Counted from the first letter of the stretch, positions 20,364 through 30,951 are shown. The stretch is 64,000 nt of DNA from a virus (IMGVR_UViG_3300028591_003737:105615-169614); one strand, 5' to 3'. Numbers and translations: made by a program. The notes: a model not told the origin generated them from the sequence alone.

Positions 20364-23300
20364 ATGGCTAATTCAAATGTAAATATTGCTAATAAATTAT
20401 ATGCATATATTAAACATGGTGTTGATATATCTCCTGAGATAAAGCAGATATATAACAATTCTATGATTTTTATTGGCGATGAACAACAGATTTATGTACC
20501 AGTAATGGATACATATGTTGGTATCGGTATGACTGCATATAATGCAACAATTAACAGAATTGCATCAGTTGAAGAACAATTAAGACAATTAGCTGAAAAC
20601 CTTGCTACAGACCTTGTTACCAAGATCTATGCTGACTACTCTTTAACAGAACTTTCTAAGGGTGGTATGATCGAAGGTGGTCTTCCAGAAGGTTTTAGTG
20701 ATGATTCTTGGTCATTAAATAATGATATCACTATTAAAGGTATCAATGATTATAACCCAGAAACTCATTATGCTCGTAGAATAGTTAATGGAGAAATAAT
20801 TACTTTAACAGATGCTAATGGTGTTAGTGCTCAATTAGTAAATAATGGTAATACTTATGTTGGTGTTGCTCCTTATTCACAAGAACCAGGTGTTGAAACA
20901 TTTGTAAATGCTAGTTCTGGTATTACAATTACTCCACACTGGGGAGATAAAGTAAGAACAACTAACCCTGTTACTGGTCAAGTATTTGAAAAACGTACTG
21001 GTAACTATATCACTATTGATGATAAACTTACATGGAGCTACATGACAAGTGCTTATTCATACTCATTAGCATTTGCTCAGAATTATACAGCTTCTGAAAT
21101 TGATAGAGTTTATCATAATCTTCTTGGTGAAAGTGAAGTTACTTATAATCCTGTTTCATTCAGATCATTTGTTGATGATGTAACTGAAGAATTTTCAGCA
21201 TACACAGAAGGTTTAACAACTGATTTTATTAATCAATATAATGCATCTCACCCTGATACTTGGGTAGTATTACATGATAGTGGTACTGTTGATAGTGAAA
21301 ATAAACCTATTTATGATGGTGCTTATCGTATTGATAGAAAGAATATATATGTTGCTACATATACTGGTAATGATATTCTTCTTGGAGATAAGGTATACTT
21401 TGAAACAACTTATGCTCAAATTGCAAATGTATTAAGTGGTTCAGGTACATCATTTACACCAGCAACTGGAACTTCTTATGTATTATATGATAATGCTGAA
21501 GTTTTAGGTGTAACTTCTAATTTCTATCAGTTATATGAAAGAAGTGAACAGTATAATTCATCATATAACATGAATATTAAAGATGGTATTGAAACTCTTA
21601 AAGAAGTTGCTTACTTACTTGATGTTCTTACAGATGGTACACTTGGTGAAACAACATATTTAACATATGGTGAATGGAAAACTACAGATGCTTTAAAGGA
21701 TCTTACATTTACAGATGAAGATGGTGATGGTGTTTATACAGGAACCGTTAATGATGTAACATATACTAAAGTATATAAAGGAACTGCTCCTAATGATAAT
21801 GAGACATATGCTTTCTATACAGTAATGAATCCAGAAAATCTTGGTATTCAGATGGCTTATTCAATTGCTGGTAATAAGAAAGATATTGAAGATTTACATA
21901 AGCATGCTGAATTATTAGAAAAAGGTGAAACTACTCTTAGAAGTATTCAATCAACTAATTCACAATTTGCTAATGTAACTTTACTTGGTGGTACAAAACA
22001 TTGGACAAATACTGATACTAATCAAGGTGAAGCTAATTTCAATGATGAAGATGGTGATGGTCATAAAATTCATCCAAATCATGATGTAGATGAACATGCT
22101 AGACAAGAAAATTCATATCTTGTTGGTGATGTAAATATTAAAGTTACATTAAATACATCATTAACATATGCAACTGTTCATACTACTGATGGTACAACAA
22201 ATCCTCCATTTACTGATGAGGCTGGTGTTGAATGGCATGGTTTCTATACAGCTGCTGATATGGATGCAATAGATACAGCACATGCTACTTATTATACTAT
22301 TTCAGGTGGTGCTGGTACTTTACAAAGTCCTTATGAATTCCAACCAATAAGTGCTGCAGCTATTGCTGAAGCTCATACAAATGATTCTAGATATCAGACA
22401 GAACAGTATTATTGGGTTCCTGGTGGAATATATAATGAAGAAACTAATCCTGATGGTCTTGCTAAGAATAGTGTTACAGAAAATGCAGTATTCACAAAAA
22501 TTAAAGTTAAAGATTTATTAGCTTTAGGTGATGCTGATGATGTTAAAGATACTGGATTTACAAAGAGTGCAATTACAGAATTCTTTACTTGGGATGAAGG
22601 AAATGATAGATGGTCTAGTTTCGTCGATAATCAGGGTGGTAAAACTGCTATTTCAAAACTTATTGAGCAAGTAAATGCAGATGGTATTGATGTTAATGAT
22701 TATGTTGCATTTATTTCTAAATATGATCAAACAGTTATTCATACTGTTAATGATGAAAATAAACTTGCTACAACTGAATGGACAGAAGTTTATGTAAATT
22801 CAAAGGTTGGTGAAATTGCTGATGATCTTGAAAATATTCTTGAAGAAGCAAAGAAATATACTGATGATGAAATTGCTAAACTTGATAATGAATATATTTA
22901 TTCAGATTTCAGTACATATTGGTCATATTATGTAAGCTTAAATGTTGCTACAAATCCTAATTTAGGTGTAGAAGGTACTCCTGAATATGTAGAAGCATAT
23001 AATAGAGAATATGCAGCATTTGTTTCTAATGATAGTACAAGAGTATTTGATAGTTCATATGAAGAATCAAATCCTGGTGAAGTAAATCCTTATAGATTAA
23101 GTTATATTACTAATTCTCAATATACATATAATATTATTGAAAAGGATGGTATTGTAACAGCTGCTTCTAGAGAACTTCCTACAGATACTCTTAGAGTAAA
23201 TGCTTATGTTTGGGGTTCAGAACAAAGTTCAACAAGAATTCAATATGCTGATATTGAAAATCTTGAAATACAAGCTCCATTATTAGATGCTCTTTATGCT

Positions 23301-24359
23301 TGGAAAGATGCTAATCAAGATAATCAGATCTTTGTAATGGTTAATGATGATAATACTTGGGAACCAGTTCCTACAAATACTGATTTATCAGGTATAGATA
23401 ATTTTGGTAATTATAGAGTTAAACTTGATGATGGTAGTTTTGCTGCTGTTGAAGGTGCAGAATATTCAGTTATTCCAAGTATTTATGCTAATACAAATGA
23501 TATTAGATGGAAACCTCTTTATAAGAAAGTTCCTAAATATCTTGAATTAAATTTACAAGATGCTGTAGTTGGTGATAAGACTAATTCTATCACTATTACA
23601 AAAGATGGTGTTGTATTTACATTAACTAAGAGAAAGAGTGGTGACAATGTAGGTAAGATAGTAGTTACAAGTAGTGTTGAAGGTTATGTTTATTCAGATA
23701 ATATTCTTAAACATATTTCATCTAAACCAGCTGATTCTACTAAATATTTATCTGTTGAAAATAAACACTTCTCATATGTAGATAATGGTCATGGTGAAAA
23801 TCAGTTTGAAGTAACTGCTCATATTACAAAACTTGAAGATGCTACTCCTACAAATACAGGTTTTGCTGATGCATATGATGTAAGATCATTTATTGAAAAT
23901 ATGTTCAGATGGGTTGATATTTCAGCTACAATTTCTGCTGATACTATTAGTCATAGAGATGTATTCTTTAAGAATACTAATCTTGAAGATGTTCCTAATG
24001 GAGCTACATTATATAGCAGAAGTGAAGCTAGCAATGTTGTTACATTCACAGAAGTTAACAATCCTGTATATGGTTGGTTCTGGCTTGATGATAATAAATT
24101 TGCTGGTACTGCAACAGGCGATAGTTTATACACTAATGATATGCCTTCAGGAATTACTATTGGTACTCATATTAAGTGTGCTGTTGAAGGCTCTGAAACA
24201 ACATTCTATCTTGTTAAGAGATTCTGTGGTAATAGTGCTAATCCAGCAGTTGGTGATCCATTCTCAACAACTTATAACTATTACATCAATATTGAAACAG
24301 CTAAGACTAATCCTCTTAATCTTAATGAAACTCTTTATGGCGCACCTGTACAGGGTTAA
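20364..24359 (+). CDS. Large tail fibre/virion protein
   Basis: 1331 aa, T/G/N-rich, with IETLKEVAYLL and EEAKKYTDDEIAKL fibre-type motifs. Confidence 0.6.
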   Translation: MANSNVNIANKLYAYIKHGVDISPEIKQIYNNSMIFIGDEQQIYVPVMDTYVGIGMTAYNATINRIASVEEQLRQLAENLATDLVTKIYADYSLTELSKGGMIEGGLPEGFSDDSWSLNNDITIKGINDYNPETHYARRIVNGEIITLTDANGVSAQLVNNGNTYVGVAPYSQEPGVETFVNASSGITITPHWGDKVRTTNPVTGQVFEKRTGNYITIDDKLTWSYMTSAYSYSLAFAQNYTASEIDRVYHNLLGESEVTYNPVSFRSFVDDVTEEFSAYTEGLTTDFINQYNASHPDTWVVLHDSGTVDSENKPIYDGAYRIDRKNIYVATYTGNDILLGDKVYFETTYAQIANVLSGSGTSFTPATGTSYVLYDNAEVLGVTSNFYQLYERSEQYNSSYNMNIKDGIETLKEVAYLLDVLTDGTLGETTYLTYGEWKTTDALKDLTFTDEDGDGVYTGTVNDVTYTKVYKGTAPNDNETYAFYTVMNPENLGIQMAYSIAGNKKDIEDLHKHAELLEKGETTLRSIQSTNSQFANVTLLGGTKHWTNTDTNQGEANFNDEDGDGHKIHPNHDVDEHARQENSYLVGDVNIKVTLNTSLTYATVHTTDGTTNPPFTDEAGVEWHGFYTAADMDAIDTAHATYYTISGGAGTLQSPYEFQPISAAAIAEAHTNDSRYQTEQYYWVPGGIYNEETNPDGLAKNSVTENAVFTKIKVKDLLALGDADDVKDTGFTKSAITEFFTWDEGNDRWSSFVDNQGGKTAISKLIEQVNADGIDVNDYVAFISKYDQTVIHTVNDENKLATTEWTEVYVNSKVGEIADDLENILEEAKKYTDDEIAKLDNEYIYSDFSTYWSYYVSLNVATNPNLGVEGTPEYVEAYNREYAAFVSNDSTRVFDSSYEESNPGEVNPYRLSYITNSQYTYNIIEKDGIVTAASRELPTDTLRVNAYVWGSEQSSTRIQYADIENLEIQAPLLDALYAWKDANQDNQIFVMVNDDNTWEPVPTNTDLSGIDNFGNYRVKLDDGSFAAVEGAEYSVIPSIYANTNDIRWKPLYKKVPKYLELNLQDAVVGDKTNSITITKDGVVFTLTKRKSGDNVGKIVVTSSVEGYVYSDNILKHISSKPADSTKYLSVENKHFSYVDNGHGENQFEVTAHITKLEDATPTNTGFADAYDVRSFIENMFRWVDISATISADTISHRDVFFKNTNLEDVPNGATLYSRSEASNVVTFTEVNNPVYGWFWLDDNKFAGTATGDSLYTNDMPSGITIGTHIKCAVEGSETTFYLVKRFCGNSANPAVGDPFSTTYNYYINIETAKTNPLNLNETLYGAPVQG

Positions 24360-24381
24360 CCATAATAAAGTATACATAAAT

Positions 24382-24416
24382 AAAAAAGAGAGCTTTTTAA
24401 AAAGCTCTCTTTTTTT
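24382..24416. terminator. Bidirectional terminator
   Basis: aaaaaagagagctttttaaaaagctctcttttttt between convergent genes. Confidence 0.8.
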
Positions 24417-24430
24417 ATATTTAAAATTAA

Positions 24431-25204
24431 TTAAAGATTAATAAATTTTGATTCTTCAGGAATTTCTTCTTTATTTTCTTCAGAAGGTCCAACTAAAACT
24501 CCATTCTTTACTGCTTCATTTAATGATTCAATTGATTTATCTTCAATTTCATCCTTTGAATTTTCCTTTTCATCTACTTCTTCTTCCTCTTTATAATCAT
24601 TATCATCTGGAAGATTTTCAACATATTCATCATTTGCTTTATCTTCTGGATTATCTAGTTCATCATCTTCTAAAATAAGTTTCTTCTCACCATCTTCTTC
24701 TGGTTCATCTTCTTCATCAGGAAGATCTTCAACATATTCTATTTCCTCTTCAAGTTCATCTTTTCTATTTAAGAAACCAGTTACCATACTTGTAAGAAGA
24801 AGTGCAACAATAGGAAGAATAGCACCTTGAATATAAGAAAGAATTACATTTGCTTCAGCATCTGGAAGTTGAGTCCATATAAATAATGGTTCTTTAAAGA
24901 ATTTAAGATTATCACCAGCATTAAGAAGTAAATATTTATAACAATTATATACATTACCCATTACTTGAACTAATGTGAGTATTGTCATAAGTACCCAAGG
25001 CATTACTTTCTTTTGTTGAGTTTTATCTGTCAATATACTGAATAATACTGCTGCTTGACCTACTTCAAAAGCTACTGCAAGCATAATAGCAAGTATAGGA
25101 GTATTAGCAAGACCAAAGAAAGCAAATCCATGAATACCAGATACTAATGCTACAAATACATAAAGTAATAAGAAAAGTATTATGTAAATTTTTTTATTTT
25201 TCAT
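24431..25204 (-). CDS. Multi-pass membrane protein with acidic C-terminal tail
   Basis: About 4 hydrophobic helices followed by a D/E-rich tail; late motif at 25230-25242. Confidence 0.7.
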   Translation of the reverse strand: MKNKKIYIILFLLLYVFVALVSGIHGFAFFGLANTPILAIMLAVAFEVGQAAVLFSILTDKTQQKKVMPWVLMTILTLVQVMGNVYNCYKYLLLNAGDNLKFFKEPLFIWTQLPDAEANVILSYIQGAILPIVALLLTSMVTGFLNRKDELEEEIEYVEDLPDEEDEPEEDGEKKLILEDDELDNPEDKANDEYVENLPDDNDYKEEEEVDEKENSKDEIEDKSIESLNEAVKNGVLVGPSEENKEEIPEESKFINL

Positions 25205-25295
25205 ATCGATATTTTATATATTTACCTTTAGATTAAAAATAAAAATAAAGGCCTACTTTTTAAAATAGACCTTTATTCTTTAAAAATTCAATATC

Positions 25296-25823
25296 TTATT
25301 CTTGTGTGAATTCAGTTAATTCTGAATTATATTTAAGACTTACAGGATATTTATTTATTTCACTTGAATCAAGTTTTGATAGAACTTCATTAAGAACATT
25401 CTTTGGTTCATCATCATTCTTATCAAGAAGTTCAAACTCATCAAAAAGAATAATATACTTCAAATTTGTTAATTTGAACATATCAATCTTTTCATCTTTT
25501 ACTCTATCATCATAATATGGATCCCATTTTAAATTAATCTGTTCATCTTCATAAGTATCTGAAGAATGTTCAAATTTCTCATATTCAAAATATGCATCAT
25601 TTATATAATCCTTATTCTTACCAAGAAGATTTTGATATTTAGTATTTTCTGAAGGAAGTTCTTTAAGAAGAACATCTCCAAGATAAATTTGAATATCACT
25701 TTCAGAATAAATTTCTGGACCAGTGAGAGTAAAAACCTGTGGATTTATATCAAAAACTGCCTTAACATTAGTTAAGTGGATTTTCTCATAAGATTCTTTA
25801 ATATAATTAACTAAATTCTTCAT
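25296..25823 (-). CDS. Hypothetical protein with CTS-like leader
   Basis: Starts MKNLVNYIKE; coupled to the sigma gene by a TAATG overlap. Confidence 0.75.
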   Translation of the reverse strand: MKNLVNYIKESYEKIHLTNVKAVFDINPQVFTLTGPEIYSESDIQIYLGDVLLKELPSENTKYQNLLGKNKDYINDAYFEYEKFEHSSDTYEDEQINLKWDPYYDDRVKDEKIDMFKLTNLKYIILFDEFELLDKNDDEPKNVLNEVLSKLDSSEINKYPVSLKYNSELTEFTQE

Positions 25824-27055
25824 TATTCATCACCATCGATATTATTAAGACCAAACATCTTATCTTCCATTATTCTGGTTGAAAGATAGATTGGTTCTCC
25901 ATCATCTTCATATTCATCTTCATCATGCTTTGCTTCTTGCATAAGTTCAAAGATGTCTACGAATTTCTGGAACATTTTTTTATCTTTCTTGATAAAGTTG
26001 ATAACTTTAGCAATTTCTGCTGTAATTGAAGATGGTGAACTATAACCATACTTCTTAGCCATTTCTTTACCAGAAAGCTTCTTTTCTCCATTTTCAAGAC
26101 CAAAACCAAAGTGGTTCTTAAAGATATCCATAGTCTTTTCACCGAACTTATCTTCAAGAGCCTTAAGAATTTGTGACCAAAGGTCTTCAATTTCCTGACG
26201 GTCAATATTCTTACCAGGATTTTCCATTCCACCTACAAGGTCGAATAATGTCTTACCTTCTTCACCATCCTTTCCACCAAGATGACGGTCACCAGATACT
26301 GAATTAGATTTAGCGATATAACCTTTCTCTTCCTTTTCTTTCTTTTGTCTTGAAATAGGAATACGTACAAGATGTGAGAAATTCTTTGTTGCTTCAAGAA
26401 TTTCTACACGAATCATTTGTGCAGCATACTGAAGGAAAGTATATGACTTATACTTAGAAATATCAATTTCTTCACCAGTCAATTCTTCCTTCTTTTTCTG
26501 TTTATTACTCTTCTTTCCATAAGTGTCCATTGCATAGACAAGTCCCTTCATACCAAAGGCATAAATATCATCTCTATCGAATGAAGTCTTACCAAGCCAA
26601 GAATTAGTAATCTTATGTACAAGAGGTTCATACTTCTTTACAATTTCAGTTCTACCCTTCTCTGTAGTAAGGTCCATGATAATTTCATCAGGAGAAGCAG
26701 TCTTATCAATAATTGAATCAAACTGTTCTTTTGTCATAAGAGTAGGGATTTCAAGTATACGACCACTTGAATATATTTTACTGATGTTACTATATAATGA
26801 TTTAAGAGATGCTTCCTTTGGAAGTCCCTTATTGAAGAAATCAACAATAGCATTATCAGTATCTCCTGTAGAAAGATCTTTAATATATGTCTTATTGTTA
26901 TCAATTAACCATTTACATACTTCTTTTGCTTCAGGAGAAATAAATTTATCAGCAATTTCAAGATACTTGTTAAGCTGATCAACTGTTAAATAATTAACTG
27001 AATCCTCTTGGATTTCAATTGTTTTTGCTTCGAATAACTGCGAAAATCTCTTCAT
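25823..27055 (-). CDS. Sigma70-family RNA polymerase sigma factor with N-terminal extension and CTS-like leader
   Basis: Region 2 (IVKKYEPLVHKI..DDIYAFGMKGLVYA..TFLQYAAQMIRVEI..LVRIP) and region 4 HTH (FKNHFGF..LSGKEMAKKYG); starts MKRFSQLFE. Confidence 0.85.
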   Translation of the reverse strand: MKRFSQLFEAKTIEIQEDSVNYLTVDQLNKYLEIADKFISPEAKEVCKWLIDNNKTYIKDLSTGDTDNAIVDFFNKGLPKEASLKSLYSNISKIYSSGRILEIPTLMTKEQFDSIIDKTASPDEIIMDLTTEKGRTEIVKKYEPLVHKITNSWLGKTSFDRDDIYAFGMKGLVYAMDTYGKKSNKQKKKEELTGEEIDISKYKSYTFLQYAAQMIRVEILEATKNFSHLVRIPISRQKKEKEEKGYIAKSNSVSGDRHLGGKDGEEGKTLFDLVGGMENPGKNIDRQEIEDLWSQILKALEDKFGEKTMDIFKNHFGFGLENGEKKLSGKEMAKKYGYSSPSSITAEIAKVINFIKKDKKMFQKFVDIFELMQEAKHDEDEYEDDGEPIYLSTRIMEDKMFGLNNIDGDE

Positions 27056-27099
27056 ATTATATGTTTAATTAAACTTATTTGTTAGCATACTTCAGATAA

Positions 27100-27198
27100 A
27101 ACATAGAATAAATTTTCAAAAATTCAATATTTTTTACTAAAAAAATTAAAATATTGAAATATAAATTCCAAGTTATCTATATTTATATATAAAAATAA
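27100..27198. promoter_or_regulatory. Divergent control region: minus-strand TTGAAT-N16-TATGTT (27100-27127) and late motif (27186-27198) for the sigma gene; plus-strand TTGAAA-N18-TATATT (27154-27183)
   Basis: Matches to both recurrent motifs. Confidence 0.5.
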
Positions 27199-27216
27199 AA
27201 GTTTTATATCATAGTT

Positions 27217-27753
27217 ATGTCTTTATTTAAATGGTCTTACCAACATTCTCTATTAGGAAGGACTATTAATATGGTATCAGATTATATATATTTCAAAAGA
27301 GATAAAAAAATAGTATCTGATACTTTATATGGTGATGCTTTTAAAGTTGTAATTAGAAAATATTTAAAGACAACTCTTAAAAAGGATTGGATTGGACGTT
27401 TATATGGTGTTGTTAATCCTAATCTTGATGAAAATGGTAAATACGATTTCAATAGTGTAATTATTGAAATTGATGGAGATAATACAAATAATAATGAATA
27501 TGTAAAGAATTGGGTTTACAGACAAATGCAATTAATTGCTTCATTATTTAAAATTGAAAAATTATATGATTATATTGATATAGACTTCAAACATGTAGGT
27601 CCTGAAAATCAAGATAATTATTTAGTTATATTCGATATAGTTTCAAGACAAAGTTTCGTTGATAGTGTAAAAAAGTTTTTCCGTCATATTTTATTTGATG
27701 GTGGTCTTACTGCAATAATACTAATAATTTTGAAACTTTTATTAATTATATAA
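27217..27753 (+). CDS. Hypothetical protein with C-terminal TM helix
   Basis: 178 aa with a hydrophobic C-terminus. Confidence 0.7.
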   Translation: MSLFKWSYQHSLLGRTINMVSDYIYFKRDKKIVSDTLYGDAFKVVIRKYLKTTLKKDWIGRLYGVVNPNLDENGKYDFNSVIIEIDGDNTNNNEYVKNWVYRQMQLIASLFKIEKLYDYIDIDFKHVGPENQDNYLVIFDIVSRQSFVDSVKKFFRHILFDGGLTAIILIILKLLLII

Positions 27754-27773
27754 AAATATTTTTAACGTTAAAA

Positions 27774-28277
27774 ATGGATGTACTTGAAAAGAAAAAGCAA
27801 TTAGCTGAGTACGAGAAGAGTTTAAAGAGTTTAACTCTTGATGAGCTTAAAGCAAAGGAACAGGAAATTATCAAAGAAGCTGATGAGAATGATAAAGCTA
27901 TCGCTTCTAAGGAATTCAAACTTCCTGGTGAAAATTATAAGGTAGTTGCAAATGGAATCAGAAACATTCTTAATAAGCAGAGTGTTGAATGGAGATTTAC
28001 TCTTGGTATGGTTTCAATGTATGAATTCTGGGATCCTGAAAATTTCCCTGGAAATGTAGGTTATCCTATGCTTGATGCAACACTTCGTACAATTGGTGAA
28101 ATGAAATTCACCGGTTATGAAGAGTGGGCAGCAGTAGTAGCAATTAATAAGTATTTTGAAACACTTCATAAAGAATATGAAGAAGCTACAGAAAAGATTT
28201 ATGATATTGCTTCTAAGCATAATGCTATCGTAGATGAAATTACTCTTCGTGAGCCAGTTAAAGCACAAGCTGAATAA
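27774..28277 (+). CDS. Hypothetical protein
   Basis: 167-aa helical ORF followed by a terminator at about 28308-28348. Confidence 0.75.
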   Translation: MDVLEKKKQLAEYEKSLKSLTLDELKAKEQEIIKEADENDKAIASKEFKLPGENYKVVANGIRNILNKQSVEWRFTLGMVSMYEFWDPENFPGNVGYPMLDATLRTIGEMKFTGYEEWAAVVAINKYFETLHKEYEEATEKIYDIASKHNAIVDEITLREPVKAQAE

Positions 28278-28412
28278 TTTAGTTTAGCCAAGTTTATATT
28301 TTAGTATTTCCTTTATTGGAGAGTAAAATCTTCAATAAAGGTTTTTATTTAGTCCCAGATTTAATCTAAAACTATTAACCATATACTAATATATTTTTTT
28401 AGTTAAAGCGCT

Positions 28413-28428
28413 CCAGAATTAAAAAGAG
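28413..28428. repeat. 16-bp direct repeat copy 1 (ccagaattaaaaagag)
   Basis: Identical to 30715-30730. Confidence 0.6.
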
Positions 28429-28464
28429 CTATCAAGGATTTAAAATCTTTGATAGCTTTTAAAT

Positions 28465-28671
28465 TTAAATTCCATATATTTTAGGTAATCTGTCTAAAGT
28501 CTCTTTTAAATTAGAACCAGGATAAATATACCTGTCATTCCAACCATTATATTGTATAAACCATTTTAAATGTATTATACAATTTTGTGAATTAGCAATA
28601 TCAATACATTGTTGAATATCTTCATCAGATGGATGACCATTACTTATAAATTCTTTTACAGGAGTTATCAT
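28465..28671 (-). CDS. Hypothetical protein
   Basis: 68 aa; ATGA overlap with the helicase gene. Confidence 0.65.
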   Translation of the reverse strand: MITPVKEFISNGHPSDEDIQQCIDIANSQNCIIHLKWFIQYNGWNDRYIYPGSNLKETLDRLPKIYGI

Positions 28672-30473
28672 ATATTCTTTACAACTATTTTATAATCATA
28701 TTTATTTTCTTTATAAATCTTTACTTTTTCAAGTCCTTGACGATATATAGATTTATTACATATATCATCATCAAAACAATCTATAAAATCATAAACTATA
28801 TATTTATCTTTAAGTTTACTAAGACCAAGTCCACGACCAAGAGATTGCATATTAATTGTACCTGATTTGAAACTTTCAAAAAGTACACCAAAACAAAGAT
28901 TAGAAAGAGTAATACCAGTTCCTATACAACCATAAGAAGCTACAAGAATACAATTATTATTTTCTTTAAGGGTCTTTTTAATTTGGTCTCTTTCTTTAGA
29001 TTTTGTCTTACCATGAATTATACATACAATTTTATCTGGCATTCTTTTCTTTATTTCTTCAGCAACATATACAAGATATTCTGTATGATGAGCAAGAACA
29101 AGAGTATTATATGGACAAATACTAAGAATATCATTACATAGAATATCAATTCTTTCATTCATAAAATGTACCATCATTTTCTCAATCATAAGACTATTTG
29201 CTCCTGTTGAGGCTTTTATCTGTTCTTGAAGAAAATCAATATATTTCATATCCTTTTGTTCTTTACTTAAATTAGGATCATGATATATCTGATTTTTAAC
29301 CATTAAAATACCATAAGGAAATTGTTTCTCATACTGTATAAGAAATTCTGGATTTTTAAGTAATACTTTATCTTTCTTTTTTGAATTCTTTTTATTTGGT
29401 ACTTCTACAAAAGGAGAAAGACAATATTCAGCACAACGAATAAATAATTCTTTTTGTTTTTCAAAATTCTTATAATTTATTCTATACTGATAAATTTCAA
29501 TATCAGAAATATATCCAGCATCCATCAACTCTCTTGGTTTAATTTCTTGTATCTTTGCACCAATAAGAGCATGAAGACAATAATGTTCAATTGTCTTTTC
29601 TTTAGGAAGTGTACCAGTCATACCAAAAGCAATCTTTACTTTATTCATGAATGGTTGAGAGATAATATTCTTAATCTGTGCTGCTGTCGCACGATGAACT
29701 TCATCTACAAATACACAATCATAATCATCAAAGAAACGAGGATTATATTTCTTATTTCCTCTTTCAATATATCTGATAAGACTTTGGAATGTACCAACTG
29801 TAAGATTTGCTGACTCAACTAATTTACCACCAGACCAAATGCATTCTGTTTTAAAAAATTCAGCATACTCATTAAAATCATCAAATGCTTGTTTAACAAG
29901 ATCAACAGAAGGAACAATCATAAGTATTTTCTTGACACCAAGATATTCCATAGAATATCTGAATATCATATATGAAATAAGAGTTTTACCAGCACGAGTT
30001 GCAAGTTGTGAAAGAGATTTATTCCATTCAATTATTTTATATGCAGCTTCATATTGATATGGTCTAGGTTCAAGAGAAAGATTCCAAGATTTAACTATTT
30101 CTTTGAATTCATCAAATGTATGAATCATTTTACGTTTAAATCTTGAAGGCTCTAGACCATCATAAGGAATATTGTTCTTTTTAAGAAATTTATATATATC
30201 TTGCCAAAGCCCAATACTACACCAAAGAATTTTCTGTCCACTTGGTTGGACATAATCAAATATAAAATCTTGTGTAAATCTTGGTCCAGTAAATGTTGGA
30301 AGATAACAAATAGGATCTACAAGATTTATATGATTTTTTAATTCTTCAAATACATGTTTACGAAAATATTTCTTTACAGATTTATCAAAAACCTGCATAT
30401 ATTCATCTTCTGTCCAATCACATTTGAGAAATAAATATCTATTATCTTTATCTGAAAAAGTAAAATGTACCAT
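28668..30473 (-). CDS. uvsW: UvsW-like SF2 DNA helicase
   Basis: PRPYQ, ATRAGKT (Walker A), DEVH, GMTGT, QSLGRGL, VYDFID. Confidence 0.85.
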   Translation of the reverse strand: MVHFTFSDKDNRYLFLKCDWTEDEYMQVFDKSVKKYFRKHVFEELKNHINLVDPICYLPTFTGPRFTQDFIFDYVQPSGQKILWCSIGLWQDIYKFLKKNNIPYDGLEPSRFKRKMIHTFDEFKEIVKSWNLSLEPRPYQYEAAYKIIEWNKSLSQLATRAGKTLISYMIFRYSMEYLGVKKILMIVPSVDLVKQAFDDFNEYAEFFKTECIWSGGKLVESANLTVGTFQSLIRYIERGNKKYNPRFFDDYDCVFVDEVHRATAAQIKNIISQPFMNKVKIAFGMTGTLPKEKTIEHYCLHALIGAKIQEIKPRELMDAGYISDIEIYQYRINYKNFEKQKELFIRCAEYCLSPFVEVPNKKNSKKKDKVLLKNPEFLIQYEKQFPYGILMVKNQIYHDPNLSKEQKDMKYIDFLQEQIKASTGANSLMIEKMMVHFMNERIDILCNDILSICPYNTLVLAHHTEYLVYVAEEIKKRMPDKIVCIIHGKTKSKERDQIKKTLKENNNCILVASYGCIGTGITLSNLCFGVLFESFKSGTINMQSLGRGLGLSKLKDKYIVYDFIDCFDDDICNKSIYRQGLEKVKIYKENKYDYKIVVKNI

Positions 30474-30605
30474 TTAATTTACTAATAAATATCCAAATGA
30501 AATTAATAGTATTACAATACCAAAGATAATAACACACCAAATATCACTATCAATTTTCTTTAATTGATTTACTATTAAATTTATTTTTTCTTTAATCCAT
30601 TTCAT
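30474..30605 (-). CDS. Small membrane protein (43 aa, not in ORF track)
   Basis: MKWIKEKINLIVNQLKKIDSDIWCVIIFGIVILLISFGYLLVN*; abuts the helicase ATG. Confidence 0.55.
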   Translation of the reverse strand: MKWIKEKINLIVNQLKKIDSDIWCVIIFGIVILLISFGYLLVN

Positions 30606-30714
30606 AATTATAAAATAGTAAACTTAATAAATAAAATACAAATAAATTAGAGCGCTTAGAATAAGTGCAAAAGAATATAAATATATAAGATTATATAATT
30701 TTTGTTAAACTATC

Positions 30715-30730
30715 CCAGAATTAAAAAGAG
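30715..30730. repeat. 16-bp direct repeat copy 2
   Basis: Identical to 28413-28428. Confidence 0.6.
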
Positions 30731-30771
30731 GCGCTAAATATTAAGTTTTTTTAGTGCCTCTTTAAAATCAA

Positions 30772-30951
30772 TTATTCATTAGGAATAAGAATTGCTCCAA
30801 TAAAATATGGAAGTATTCCAAATCCATAACAAAGAGTAAGAATACCAACACCAATTCTAACTATAGTAGGATCAATACCAAAATAGTTAGCAACACCAGA
30901 ACAAACTCCGCAGAGCATCTTTTCACCTTTAACTAATCTTTTGTCACTCAT
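30772..30951 (-). CDS. pspC: PspC-domain membrane protein (59 aa, not in ORF track)
   Basis: MSDKRLVKGEKMLCGVCSGVANYFGIDPTIVRIGVGILTLCYGFGILPYFIGAILIPNE; classic GVCxG.A.YFGID..VR signature. Confidence 0.85.
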   Translation of the reverse strand: MSDKRLVKGEKMLCGVCSGVANYFGIDPTIVRIGVGILTLCYGFGILPYFIGAILIPNE

